Notes under the pieces: model-generated | Databases searched by the model: none | Told to the model about the DNA's origin: nothing | Seen by the model: the letters and a program-made list of their open reading frames with translations, nothing else | Position numbers and translations under genes: made by a program | Assembly (NCBI GenBank): GCA_034437495.1 | Contig: DAOTUF010000260.1 | Span: forward strand, 1 to 32,465 | Source: Chloroflexaceae bacterium | GTDB lineage: Bacteria > Chloroflexota > Chloroflexia > Chloroflexales > Chloroflexaceae | Reading direction: 5' to 3' | DNA length: 32,465 bases | Shown here: positions 1 through 7,899 of the stretch, piece by piece | Layout of the letters: every line of letters starts with the position of its first letter | Position numbering within the stretch: position 1 is the first letter of the stretch

Positions 1-499
1 ACACAAACTGGAGCATATCCATATCCTCCGGGCTTCGCTCCCCCCGCCGCAGCATGATGTTCGCGGGCATCACATCGCGGTGCAGCGGGTTTTGCTCAAG
101 CTCGTTCGCATAGGTCAGGCCGCTTGCTACCTGGCTCACGATGGTGCCCACCACCTGGAGCGGCAGCAGCAACCGCTGTGCTGCCAGTTCCGACAGCAGC
201 GCCTCCAGTGACACCCCCTCAATCCATTCCCCGACCTTGCCGACTATCCCGTCCTGCTGATAGACGGTGTAGACCCGCTCGATATGCAAATGCTGCAAGG
301 CCACCGCCGCCCGGACCGCCCGCTCAAAGGCCGTCACGACCTCCGGGACTTCGGCAAGCTGCGGCGCAAGCACCTGTATCGCCACCTCCCGCTTGACCTC
401 ATCCTGGAAGGCCCGGTACACCTCCCATACCTGGCTCTGAGCAACCCGTTCCCCCACCCGATAGCGCCCCAGGACCCTTCCGCTCAAATCACCTTGCAT
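1..499 (-). CDS. Hanks-type Ser/Thr protein kinase-like protein, N-terminal 166 aa only (runs off the window); catalytic residues appear substituted (pseudokinase-like)
   Basis: Absent from the ORF track because it is truncated. Manual reverse-complement translation from ATG 499-497 gives MQGDLSGRVLGRYRVGERVAQSQVWEVYRAFQDEVKREVAIQVLAPQ...GEWIEGVSLEALL...LHRDVMPANIML. Kinase subdomains I, II, III, V and VIb are recognisable, and a GGAGG SD lies about 7 nt upstream. Confidence 0.75.
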   Translation of the reverse strand, partial: MQGDLSGRVLGRYRVGERVAQSQVWEVYRAFQDEVKREVAIQVLAPQLAEVPEVVTAFERAVRAAVALQHLHIERVYTVYQQDGIVGKVGEWIEGVSLEALLSELAAQRLLLPLQVVGTIVSQVASGLTYANELEQNPLHRDVMPANIMLRRGERSPEDMDMLQFV

Positions 500-562
500 G
501 TCTCTACCTCCACCACAAACCTTCTCCACCACCAATCTTCGTGACGTGACCGTCCTGATCTC

Positions 563-571
563 ATCATACCA
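563..571 (-). promoter_or_regulatory. Candidate extended -10 element (TGGTATGAT on minus strand) for the kinase-like gene
   Basis: Reverse complement of 563-571 reads TGGTATGAT, about 65 nt upstream of ATG 499. No good -35. Confidence 0.35.
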
Positions 572-620
572 CATCCTGCCCTGCTTTCCTGGCTCCTTCG
601 AATTCCTCGGCATTTCACCC

Positions 621-649
621 TTGACAGAATAAAGGTTCTATTTTACTAT
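621..649 (+). promoter_or_regulatory. Sigma-70-like promoter for the 99-aa gene
   Basis: TTGACA (621-626), 17-nt spacer, TACTAT (644-649), in an AT-richer divergent intergenic region. A GAAGGAG SD precedes ATG 701. Confidence 0.55.
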
Positions 650-700
650 ACCTCTAGATACGAGAGAATAGACAAACACGAAGGAGAACAACCATTAATC

Positions 701-1000
701 ATGGCCAATACCCGCTACCTGATGTGGTTTGACGATAACCCGAAGATACCCGCCCGCCAAAAAATCGATGAAGCTATTGTGGCGTACCAGCGCCGTTTCA
801 AAACCCGTCCCAACGTGGTGCTGGTCAGCGAGGGCGACAACGGGGTGCTCAATGACCCCGCCGAAACGGTAGAGCACGATGGGGTGCAGGTGCGTGGGGT
901 CAGCTTTGTGCGGCGAAACAACTTCTGGGTCGGCCTGGAAAAGGACCCCGCCCAGAAGCCCGCGGCAGCCCCGCGTGAGCTTCACCCCCTCCATTCCTGA
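701..1000 (+). CDS. Hypothetical 99-aa soluble protein (MANTRYLMWFDDNPKIPARQKIDEAI...)
   Basis: ORF with a consensus promoter and GAAGGAG SD. No recognisable domain. Confidence 0.7.
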   Translation: MANTRYLMWFDDNPKIPARQKIDEAIVAYQRRFKTRPNVVLVSEGDNGVLNDPAETVEHDGVQVRGVSFVRRNNFWVGLEKDPAQKPAAAPRELHPLHS

Positions 1001-1080
1001 CCGTGCGCACGATCAGGAGAGGACCCGTATGCCTCGTATGCCAGGAGGACCAAAGAAAAGAAGGGTAGGCCGAAGTTCTG

Positions 1081-1089
1081 TGATACAAT
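1081..1089 (+). promoter_or_regulatory. Candidate extended -10 (TGATACAAT) for the PflX-type radical SAM gene
   Basis: TGATACAAT lies 38 nt upstream of ATG 1127, and an AGAGGA SD lies at 1113-1118. Confidence 0.35.
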
Positions 1090-1126
1090 ACCTACGGGGA
1101 ATAACCATATCGTAAGAGGAACGCCC

Positions 1127-2122
1127 ATGTCCGCCTCTACCCCATCCGACCAAGCATCCTTTACCATCGCCAGCACAGACTTCGAGCCTGCCTACCTTGC
1201 CCTGCACCGCTCCGGCGAACTCCAGCGGCGCATTGCAGCATCTCAGGCGTGGCTCTCAGCATGCCGCGCCTGCCCCCGCGGGTGCGAAGCCAACCGCCTG
1301 AGTGGGCAGACGGGGTTTTGTGGCACCGGTCGCTACGCTATGATGAGCAGTGCCTTCCCCCACATGGGCGAGGAACCCCCCCTGCGCGGGTGGAAGGGGA
1401 GCGGGACCATCTTCTTCTCGCGCTGCAACCTTGGCTGCATCTTCTGCCAGAACTTCGACATCAGTCAGGCCGGAGTGGGGGAAGAGGTTCGCCCCGACCA
1501 TCTGGCAAACATTATGCTGCAACTCCAGGCGATGGGGTGCCACAATATCAACTTCGTGACCCCCTCCCACGTGGTTCCCCAGATCCTCGAAGCGCTCGCG
1601 GTGGCCATTGACCAGGGGCTGCGTCTCCCTATCGTCTACAATACCTCGGGCTACGACTCGCTTGAGACCCTGCGGATGCTGGATGGCGTCATCGATATCT
1701 ATATGCCCGACTTCAAATTCTGGGACCCCCAGGCCGCCACGCGCTACTTGCAAGCCAGAGACTACCCCGAGGTTGCCCGGAACGCCCTGAAAGAGATGCA
1801 TCACCAGGTCGGCCCCCTCAAAACAGACGAGAACCACATTGCCCGACGGGGGCTTCTGGTGCGCCATCTGGTTATCCCCGGTCTGCTCAGCGACACCGAA
1901 CACATCCTGCGCTTCCTGGCAGCGGAACTTTCCCCGGACACCTACCTCAACATCATGGCGCAATACCACCCTTCTGGCAAGGTCAGTGCCGTGCGCTTTG
2001 CCGATATCAACCGCCGTCTGAGCAACCGCGAATATGCCGAAGCGCTCCGGCTGGCTCACGAGGCCGGGTTGTGGCGGCTCGATGACCGCCGCCCCCTGTG
2101 GTCGCTCCAGTCCACCTGGTAG
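1127..2122 (+). CDS. Radical SAM enzyme, PflX-type (COG1313-like pyruvate formate-lyase-activase homologue of unknown substrate)
   Basis: CNLGCIFCQN CxxxCxxC cluster motif. N-terminal CRACPRGCEANRLSGQTGFCG and HMGEEPPLRGWKGSGTIFFSRCNL are typical of the family. 331 aa. Confidence 0.85.
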   Translation: MSASTPSDQASFTIASTDFEPAYLALHRSGELQRRIAASQAWLSACRACPRGCEANRLSGQTGFCGTGRYAMMSSAFPHMGEEPPLRGWKGSGTIFFSRCNLGCIFCQNFDISQAGVGEEVRPDHLANIMLQLQAMGCHNINFVTPSHVVPQILEALAVAIDQGLRLPIVYNTSGYDSLETLRMLDGVIDIYMPDFKFWDPQAATRYLQARDYPEVARNALKEMHHQVGPLKTDENHIARRGLLVRHLVIPGLLSDTEHILRFLAAELSPDTYLNIMAQYHPSGKVSAVRFADINRRLSNREYAEALRLAHEAGLWRLDDRRPLWSLQSTW

Positions 2123-2128
2123 AGGGAG

Positions 2129-2216
2129 CCGCTCTCCGTCCCCCCTTCCTCCCGCTCTCCTTCTCTTCTTCCCTCCCTCCCTCCTCCCTCTTTCCTCTTT
2201 CCTCCTGGCACAGAAC
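2129..2216 (+). repeat. Polypyrimidine (CT-only) low-complexity tract
   Basis: 2155-2216 is 62 nt of uninterrupted C/T on the + strand, and 2129-2216 contains only three G. It holds multiple CCTCC/CCCTCC units and sits between the rSAM stop (2122) and the next start (2271). Confidence 0.9.
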
Positions 2217-2270
2217 TTGCAGTAATCTTTGGCAGGACAGCAAGCAAGAAGTCGTGACAGGAGGGATCGT

Positions 2271-2843
2271 ATGCGAACGGTGGTCGGACTCTTTGAACGG
2301 TTTGAGGATGCAGAGAAAGCGGTCAATGACCTCTATCGCCAGGGATTTAGCCCCGACCAGGTGAACGTCATTGCCCGCGATGTGGTCGTCCAGGATCAGG
2401 TTGGGGGAAAGAGCGGCTATGCTGTGACCGAAGGGGCCATCGGCGGCACCGCTATCGGGGGGTTGGGGGGGTTGCTGCTTGGTCTCAGTGCTCTGAGCGT
2501 GCCCGGTATCGGGCCGGTTATCACCGCGGGCAGCATCTTCACGGCCCTCGGTTCGACCGCCGCCGGCGCCGGGGTCGGGGCGGTCACGGGGGGACTCATC
2601 GGGGCGTTGGCCGGGGCCGGGGTCCCTGAAGAAGAAGCCCACACCTATGCCGAAGGGGTCAAGCGTGGTGGAGTCCTTCTGGTGGTGGGCGTGGACGACG
2701 ATACCATGGCCCCACAAGCCAGTCAGACCCTTTTCGATGCCAATGCGGTGGATATCAATATGCGCCGTGAAGAATGGCGCAGCAGCGGATGGTCCCGCTT
2801 CGATGAGAAATCCCTGCCTCCGGAGCAAGAAACCTCATCCTGA
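2271..2843 (+). CDS. General-stress-protein (YflT/GSP17M-like) domain protein with a central glycine-zipper membrane segment
   Basis: MRTVVGLFERFEDAEKAVNDLYRQGFSPDQVNVIARD, then the Gly/Ala-rich hydrophobic GGTAIGGLGGLLLGLSAL...GAGVGAVTGGLIGALAGAG, then EEEAHTYAEGVKRGGVLLVV. ATG 2271 is preceded by an AGGAGGG SD; the track start at 2229 is an upstream TTG. Confidence 0.75.
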   Translation: MRTVVGLFERFEDAEKAVNDLYRQGFSPDQVNVIARDVVVQDQVGGKSGYAVTEGAIGGTAIGGLGGLLLGLSALSVPGIGPVITAGSIFTALGSTAAGAGVGAVTGGLIGALAGAGVPEEEAHTYAEGVKRGGVLLVVGVDDDTMAPQASQTLFDANAVDINMRREEWRSSGWSRFDEKSLPPEQETSS

Positions 2844-2866
2844 GAGATGCCATAAAAGGCTTGCGG

Positions 2867-2883
2867 GGGGACGGGCAGTCCCC
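2867..2883. terminator. Small GC hairpin between convergent genes (weak terminator candidate)
   Basis: GGGGAC-gggca-GTCCCC between stop 2843 (+) and stop 2886 (-). No clear U tract. Confidence 0.25.
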
Positions 2884-2885
2884 TG

Positions 2886-3287
2886 CTATCCGTCCATCTT
2901 CCCCGCCACGCTCCCCCGCCACCCCACCAGCGCCAACCCCGCAGCGCCATGCAGCACCATCACCAGCGTGAAATAGAGGTGGTGGCCGCTCTGGGCAGCG
3001 TAGAACTCGTCGTAGACGAGGGACTCAATGCGGGCCGCGACGAACGGGGTAAAGAAGTAGAGGCAGAAACACGAGAACGCCGCCAGCCACACTTCGGCTC
3101 GCCGGGCCATGACCCACCCGATGAACAGGACAAACGGCGTGGAAAAAATGGTCCAGACCAGCGGGCGAAGCTGGTCTTCGCCGCGCTCCCCGCTGGTGCT
3201 GGCGTAGTTGAAGACTGCCCACGCAACTCCCACCAGGAGCGCCCCGAGCATGATACCGGTCGTTCGCAAGTCGAGATGGCGGCTCAT
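2886..3287 (-). CDS. Hypothetical integral membrane protein, about 4 TM helices, 133 aa
   Basis: Four hydrophobic stretches (GIMLGALLVGVAWAVF, LVWTIFSTPFVLFIGWVMA, VWLAAFSCFCLYFFTPFVAA, LYFTLVMVLHGAAGLALVGW). Its ATG overlaps the upstream stop as ATGA (3284-3287). Confidence 0.75.
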   Translation of the reverse strand: MSRHLDLRTTGIMLGALLVGVAWAVFNYASTSGERGEDQLRPLVWTIFSTPFVLFIGWVMARRAEVWLAAFSCFCLYFFTPFVAARIESLVYDEFYAAQSGHHLYFTLVMVLHGAAGLALVGWRGSVAGKMDG

Positions 3288-5389
3288 GGCTGGTTCTGTT
3301 CCTTTTCCTGCTCCTTATCTTTCTGCGTCAGGTGGTGGAGCTTTTGTCTGGCCTGTTCCTCCAGCCGGGCAATCTGCTGCTCCAGACGGCGCTCGTCGGT
3401 ATGCAGAGCCGTCAGACGGTCTTCCAGTTTGCCCAGTTCGGCCACATAGCGCTTGCGCAGTGCCCCTTCTTCCCCCTCGCGCCCGAGCGGGGACAGATTG
3501 CCCTGTATCTGCTTCTGATGCTTGGAGATGGCCTGCCGCTCCTGCTCAATCTGGTTCACCTGCTTGCGCGTCTCTTCCATCTGGCGGTAGAGCTGCAAGA
3601 CCTCCTCAAGCCCCTGCCCGATGGCCTCGTCCAGGTAGCGGTGGTGCAGGTAGTCCTGAAGCTGTTTGCCGCTCACACTCTGAACGCGCTCGTGGCGGCG
3701 CTGCATCCGCCGTTCGTGGACCTCAAACACGGTGCGGGCGTTGGCCACACACCAGACGCTCCAGCGAACAAAGGTCGCCGTTCGTTCTGCGGGGTCGGGG
3801 GTATCGGTCAATTCGTAGTTGGGGAGCGGGGAGTGCTCAATCACCACATCGACCGGCGTCGAAAGCGTGCTGGTCAGATGGTACACCGTGTGGTGCAACT
3901 CATATTCCTGAATGAGCAGGTATTCTTCGCGCACGCCAATGCTCACAATCCGGCGCTCCCGGCTGCGCTGCTCCTCGACCTTCACGCCCAGTTCTACCGC
4001 AAAGGGCACGATGACCTCCCCGCCTGCGCGGGTGAAGGGTACGACCGCCTCCCCGGCGTAGTTCCCATCTTCCGTGACCGTCACCGGCCCGCGTTCGAGG
4101 GTCAGCCCCGTCTCATTGGCAAAGCGCAGGCTGGCGACCGGGTGGTCGGGGAGCTTGCGCCCGTTGTAGAGCAAGTCGCGTCGGCATGGCATCTGCTGGC
4201 CGAGAATGGGCACCATAGCCGACTGTCCCCGCGCCACGCTCACGGGGTGGCGGACGGTGTAGGCAAACAACGCTCCCCGTTCGCCTCCGCTGGCGGCAAT
4301 CTGCACCGACTGATCCATCGAATCAATCGAGAGGGAGGGGGGGGCTTCGGGCGCAAACGCCGCCGCTTCCTCCTCATCCGCCATGCCGAGCGTCATGGCC
4401 CGCATCTGTTTGGCTCCCCGCATCCTGGCTCCGGCCGCAGGGGCCGGGGCGGGGGGAGGTGCTCCCTCAAAGAACACCGGCGCATTGACCGTGCGCTCCT
4501 CATCCTGCACGAGCGGACGTTCGGGCGTCTTCGGTTCATAGAGCCGATAGCGAAACGACACCGGCATCCCGGCCACCAGCGTCAGGTGGACCTGCTCCAG
4601 GTCCTCTTCAAGCTGATTGTCGAACAACCCCCACCCTTGCAACAGCACGGTGAAGGGGCGGTCTTCCAGGGTGGTCGGGGCAGAGGGGGAGCCGGTTGGT
4701 GGTTGGCTCGGGGGAGCCGCCGGCTCCGAACGCTCCACCAGCATGCGGTAGCTCACGCGCCAGGCCGGGGCAGGCGCAATGTAGCCCACCAGGATATCGT
4801 GGTCGCCGGGGGAGAGGTGCAGCGTGGCGCTGCGGCGGTCCTCCTCGCTCTGAGCCGCCCGCAGGAAGTAGCGCAAATCGGCAGCCGCCGTTTCATCGAG
4901 CAGGTGCAGGTGGCGGATATCGGCCAGAGGGATAGTCTGTACCTGCTGCTGGTCGGGCCGATAGAGAGAAACAACTGCTCCGTCCAGCGGCTTGTCTCCC
5001 CCGCAGGTCACGCCAACTACCACCCCCTCGGTCTCCTCGTCCCCGCCATCCCCGCCATTTCCACCGTTCCGGTCATCCTGCGAACGCAAACGGCAGCGCA
5101 CCTGCCGTCCCCGCAGGTCGCGCACCAGGTCCAGCAGCGTGCGCGTGTCGGAAAGGTGGATACTCCCTTTGGCCAGCAGTTCGGCGCGGTCTTCGGGGGT
5201 CTCGAAGTCCAGGCTGAGCACCTGCCCGCTCCCGCGGTCGAGCGCAATCAAGCTTTTGAGCACATCGTCCATCGCCGGGCGCGGAAAGGTCAGCCGCAGC
5301 GTTTCGCCCTGCACCGGGCCGCGCCGCTCAAAGTAGCCAACACCATGTTTGTAGATAATCAGGCGTCGAATGGGTAGAACGGTCATCAT
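3284..5389 (-). CDS. DUF4139/DUF4140-family protein with a Pro/Ala-rich insert and a C-terminal coiled-coil extension of about 110 aa
   Basis: N-terminus LIIYKHGVGYFERRGPVQGETLRLTFP..MDDVLKSL and core LERGPVTVTEDGNYAGEAVVPFTRAGGEVIVPFAVELGVKVEEQR match the DUF4140/DUF4139 pattern as I recall it. The C-terminus is heptad-rich (EQERQAISKHQKQIQ...RLEQQIARLEEQARQKL). GGGAGG SD. No signal peptide. Confidence 0.7.
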   Translation of the reverse strand: MMTVLPIRRLIIYKHGVGYFERRGPVQGETLRLTFPRPAMDDVLKSLIALDRGSGQVLSLDFETPEDRAELLAKGSIHLSDTRTLLDLVRDLRGRQVRCRLRSQDDRNGGNGGDGGDEETEGVVVGVTCGGDKPLDGAVVSLYRPDQQQVQTIPLADIRHLHLLDETAAADLRYFLRAAQSEEDRRSATLHLSPGDHDILVGYIAPAPAWRVSYRMLVERSEPAAPPSQPPTGSPSAPTTLEDRPFTVLLQGWGLFDNQLEEDLEQVHLTLVAGMPVSFRYRLYEPKTPERPLVQDEERTVNAPVFFEGAPPPAPAPAAGARMRGAKQMRAMTLGMADEEEAAAFAPEAPPSLSIDSMDQSVQIAASGGERGALFAYTVRHPVSVARGQSAMVPILGQQMPCRRDLLYNGRKLPDHPVASLRFANETGLTLERGPVTVTEDGNYAGEAVVPFTRAGGEVIVPFAVELGVKVEEQRSRERRIVSIGVREEYLLIQEYELHHTVYHLTSTLSTPVDVVIEHSPLPNYELTDTPDPAERTATFVRWSVWCVANARTVFEVHERRMQRRHERVQSVSGKQLQDYLHHRYLDEAIGQGLEEVLQLYRQMEETRKQVNQIEQERQAISKHQKQIQGNLSPLGREGEEGALRKRYVAELGKLEDRLTALHTDERRLEQQIARLEEQARQKLHHLTQKDKEQEKEQNQP

Positions 5390-5415
5390 GGGGCCTCCCT
5401 TCAGGTTATGCCCCT

Positions 5416-5424
5416 ATTGTACCA
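5416..5424 (-). promoter_or_regulatory. Candidate extended -10 (TGGTACAAT on minus strand) for the DUF4139 gene
   Basis: Reverse complement of 5416-5424 is TGGTACAAT, 27 nt upstream of ATG 5389, inside the 82-nt gap after the response regulator. Confidence 0.4.
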
Positions 5425-5471
5425 GATTTTGGGATGGCTCCTGTCTCCTGTCTCCTTCTTTGCTGGCCTGC

Positions 5472-5972
5472 TCACTCGTCATCCGTCCCCGGCCCCTCGT
5501 CATTCACCGCTCGCCACGCATCCCTGAGATGAGCGGTATCATGACCGGTATCCGGTTGCTGAAGGTACATATCAATGGCCCGCTCAATCAGGGCGTGGCT
5601 CAGGTAGCGCCGCCCTTCCAACACCTCACCGACGGCGTGGAGAATCTCGTCCGCTTCGGCCTCCTTCAACACATACGCCATCGCTCCGCGGTTCAGGGTT
5701 GCCCGCACCGACGCATCCGATGCCTGCATGGAGAAGATGAGCAGGCGGGTCTGTGGCGACTGCTCTTTTGCATGTTGGACCACTTCCGACCCGTCCAGTT
5801 CAAGCAGAATGTCCAGGATGAGCACATCCGGCTGGAGCGACCCAAGCAGCGCCAGCGTCTCTGGTGCGTTCGAAGCCTCGCCTACTACCGTCCACCCCGC
5901 CCGCGATTCCAGCACCACCTTCAAGCCGTGTCGCACTATCGGGTGTCTATCGGCAAGAACAAACGTCGGCAT
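5472..5972 (-). CDS. Response regulator receiver protein of NarL/FixJ flavour, lacking the HTH output domain
   Basis: FVLADRHPIVRHGL...DVLILDILLELDGSE...LIFSMQ...AYVLKEA gives the acidic pocket, phospho-acceptor Asp, Ser/Thr and Lys. The 45-aa tail has no LuxR helix-turn-helix. Confidence 0.85.
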   Translation of the reverse strand: MPTFVLADRHPIVRHGLKVVLESRAGWTVVGEASNAPETLALLGSLQPDVLILDILLELDGSEVVQHAKEQSPQTRLLIFSMQASDASVRATLNRGAMAYVLKEAEADEILHAVGEVLEGRRYLSHALIERAIDMYLQQPDTGHDTAHLRDAWRAVNDEGPGTDDE

Positions 5973-6160
5973 ACCCTTATTCTCTCCCTACTCATTCCAT
6001 CCAGATCATTATTCCCAAGCCATCCACCCCTTTGCACCGCTCCCGAACCCCAGACCCGCACGCTTCCCCTTCCAGTGTACCTCCGGCTGCATCCACAAAT
6101 GCGCACACCGAGAAGGGGAATATCAGCCCAGGGGGGTTGGGGGAGGTGGGGGCTGCCAGT

Positions 6161-6189
6161 TTGACAATGCTGCTCCTCAATGCTACTAT
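6161..6189 (+). promoter_or_regulatory. Sigma-70-like promoter for the HDAC-hisH-hisA unit
   Basis: TTGACA (6161-6166), 17-nt spacer ending in TGC, TACTAT (6184-6189). Confidence 0.55.
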
Positions 6190-6234
6190 ACCAGGAAGCT
6201 ATGAAGAAACACGAGCCGGAAAAGGTCACGTCTT

Positions 6235-7275
6235 ATGACCACCTGCATACTTACCGATCCGCGGTACAAATCCCACACTGACCCGCACCATGTGGAACGT
6301 GCTGAGCGGTTACACGCTATCGAAGAGGCATTGCAAGCCAGTGCCCTGACCGAAAACGACACTCTGCTCTCCCTGACGGCTCGGGTCGCCAGCGAAGAGG
6401 AGTTGGCCGCGGTCCACACGGGTTCCTACCTCGAATCCATTCGCCGCTTCGGGGAGCAAGGGGGCGGCTATATTGACCCCGACACCTATATGACCCCCCA
6501 TTCGTGGGAGGCCGCGACCTGGGCCGCCGGGGGCGTAGTCCGGGTGGTTGAAGCCGTTGCCAATGGGGAATGCCAGAACGGATTTGCCCTGGTTCGTCCC
6601 CCCGGCCACCATGCCACGACCCACCGCGCCATGGGCTTCTGCCTCATCAACAACGTGGCGGTGGCAGCTCGCTCTGCCCTGAATACGATGGGGTTGGAAC
6701 GGGTTGCCGTGGTGGATTACGACGTCCACCATGGGAATGGCACTCAGGACATCTTCTATCACGACCCGCAGGTGCTCTACTGCTCAACCCATGCCTCGCC
6801 CTTCTACCCCGGTACGGGTCGAATGGAGGAAATTGGTCGCGATGAGGGCAAAGGGGCAACGCTGAATATTCCGCTCCCCTCCGGCGTCGGTGACGATGGC
6901 TACCAGCGTATCTTTGAACACGCCCTGATACCCGCGCTGCGGCGGTGGCAGCCCCAGATGATCTTGATTTCGGCCGGGTATGATGCCCACTGGGCCGACC
7001 CGATTGGCCCCATGGTGCTCTCCGTGACCGGCTATGCCCGCCTGACGCAGATGCTCTATGACCTGGCGGCGGAGGTGTGTGAAGGGAAGCTGGTCATGGT
7101 CCTTGAAGGAGGCTACCATCTCCATGCCCTGGGGGCCTGTGTGGTCGCTTCGTTGCGCGTCCTGGCCGGGCACCCCCCCGACCCGGCGCATGATCCGCTT
7201 GGCCCGATTACCGCGCCGGAACCTGGTATCAACGACATCATCACGGCGCTTCAACACCATCCATTACTGATATGA
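6235..7275 (+). CDS. Histone deacetylase-family (AcuC/acetylpolyamine amidohydrolase-like) zinc deacetylase
   Basis: [25 protein letters not shown] and EGGY motifs. 346 aa. Confidence 0.9.
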   Translation: MTTCILTDPRYKSHTDPHHVERAERLHAIEEALQASALTENDTLLSLTARVASEEELAAVHTGSYLESIRRFGEQGGGYIDPDTYMTPHSWEAATWAAGGVVRVVEAVANGECQNGFALVRPPGHHATTHRAMGFCLINNVAVAARSALNTMGLERVAVVDYDVHHGNGTQDIFYHDPQVLYCSTHASPFYPGTGRMEEIGRDEGKGATLNIPLPSGVGDDGYQRIFEHALIPALRRWQPQMILISAGYDAHWADPIGPMVLSVTGYARLTQMLYDLAAEVCEGKLVMVLEGGYHLHALGACVVASLRVLAGHPPDPAHDPLGPITAPEPGINDIITALQHHPLLI

Positions 7276-7889
7276 TTACGGTCATGAATTATGGGGCAGG
7301 AAACCTGCCCAACGTGGTCCGTGCGCTCGAACATGTGGGCGCACAGGTACAGGTCACGGAGTCGCCCGAAGTGGCCCTCCAGTCCACGAGCCTGGTGCTC
7401 CCCGGTGTCGGGGCCACCCGCGACACGATGCAGAGTCTCCAGCAGTTGGGGTTGGCCGAGGTTATCCCCGCCATCGTCTCCCGTGGGCGACCATTTCTCG
7501 GCATCTGCGTGGGAATGCAGGTGCTCTGCACCGAGAGCGAAGAGTTCGGTACCCACCCCTGCCTGGACATCGTTCCGGGGGTGGTGCGGCGGCTTCCCGG
7601 TGGGCAAAAGGTTCCCCAGATCGGGTGGAACCAGGTCCGCTATGCCGAATCCATGCAGGCGCACCCCCTGTTCGCCCATATTCCCACTGGCAGCGAGTTC
7701 TACTTTGTCCATTCCTACTACTGCGATGTGCCTGACACATCGCTGGTCGCAGGCCAGACCGACTATGGACGTTCCTTCCCCAGTGTCCTCATCCGCGGTC
7801 ATCTCATCGCAACCCAGTTTCACCCCGAAAAAAGTGGAGCCTGCGGGTTGCAGCTTTTACGAAATTTCGTCCTGCTCAGTGAGCAGTAA
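7272..7889 (+). CDS. hisH: Imidazole glycerol phosphate synthase, glutamine amidotransferase subunit
   Basis: NYGAGNL, LPGVGA, GICVGMQ (nucleophile Cys), FYFVHSYY and TQFHPEKSG. The start overlaps the HDAC stop (ATGA at 7272-7275). Confidence 0.95.
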   Translation: MITVMNYGAGNLPNVVRALEHVGAQVQVTESPEVALQSTSLVLPGVGATRDTMQSLQQLGLAEVIPAIVSRGRPFLGICVGMQVLCTESEEFGTHPCLDIVPGVVRRLPGGQKVPQIGWNQVRYAESMQAHPLFAHIPTGSEFYFVHSYYCDVPDTSLVAGQTDYGRSFPSVLIRGHLIATQFHPEKSGACGLQLLRNFVLLSEQ

Positions 7890-7899
7890 GGCGACGTCT

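Noticed and set aside
124-396. Pro/Ala-rich 90-aa plus-strand ORF at the window start
   Set aside because: It is antisense to the kinase-like gene, which has clear subdomain motifs. It has a low-complexity composition and no SD.
701-1000. Tested the 99-aa protein for a glycyl-radical signature (RVxG[FWY]) as a substrate for the adjacent activase-like rSAM
   Set aside because: Only a scrambled VRGVSF is present (QVRGVSFVRR), not RVxG[FWY]. There is no support for a GrcA-like glycyl-radical cofactor protein.
3332-5377. Long antisense ORFs opposite real genes (3332-5377 +, 10845-12800 +, 13067-14308 +, 15873-17222 +, 22486-23832 +, 25666-26838 -, 27034-28200 -)
   Set aside because: Each lies opposite a gene with strong family motifs (DUF4139, tkt, rSAM, gcvPA, GH/propeller, LRR protein). 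They are low-complexity and Arg/Gly/Pro/His-rich, and they lack SD sites. They are stop-codon-poor shadow frames.
6201-6281. 26-aa upstream ORF ([26 protein letters not shown]) overlapping the HDAC start out of frame
   Set aside because: Its ATG would lie only about 5 nt from the predicted TSS, the SD spacing is too short (AGGAAG plus 3 nt), and there is no supporting feature. It is probably fortuitous.
7291-7899. N-terminal extensions suggested by the ORF track (hisA 7291, tkt 13025, permease 24125, stress protein 2229, LRR protein 25534, small gene 20634)
   Set aside because: The extensions overlap upstream genes or promoters, lack SD sites and add non-homologous low-complexity residues. 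The internal starts give canonical N-termini with SD sequences.
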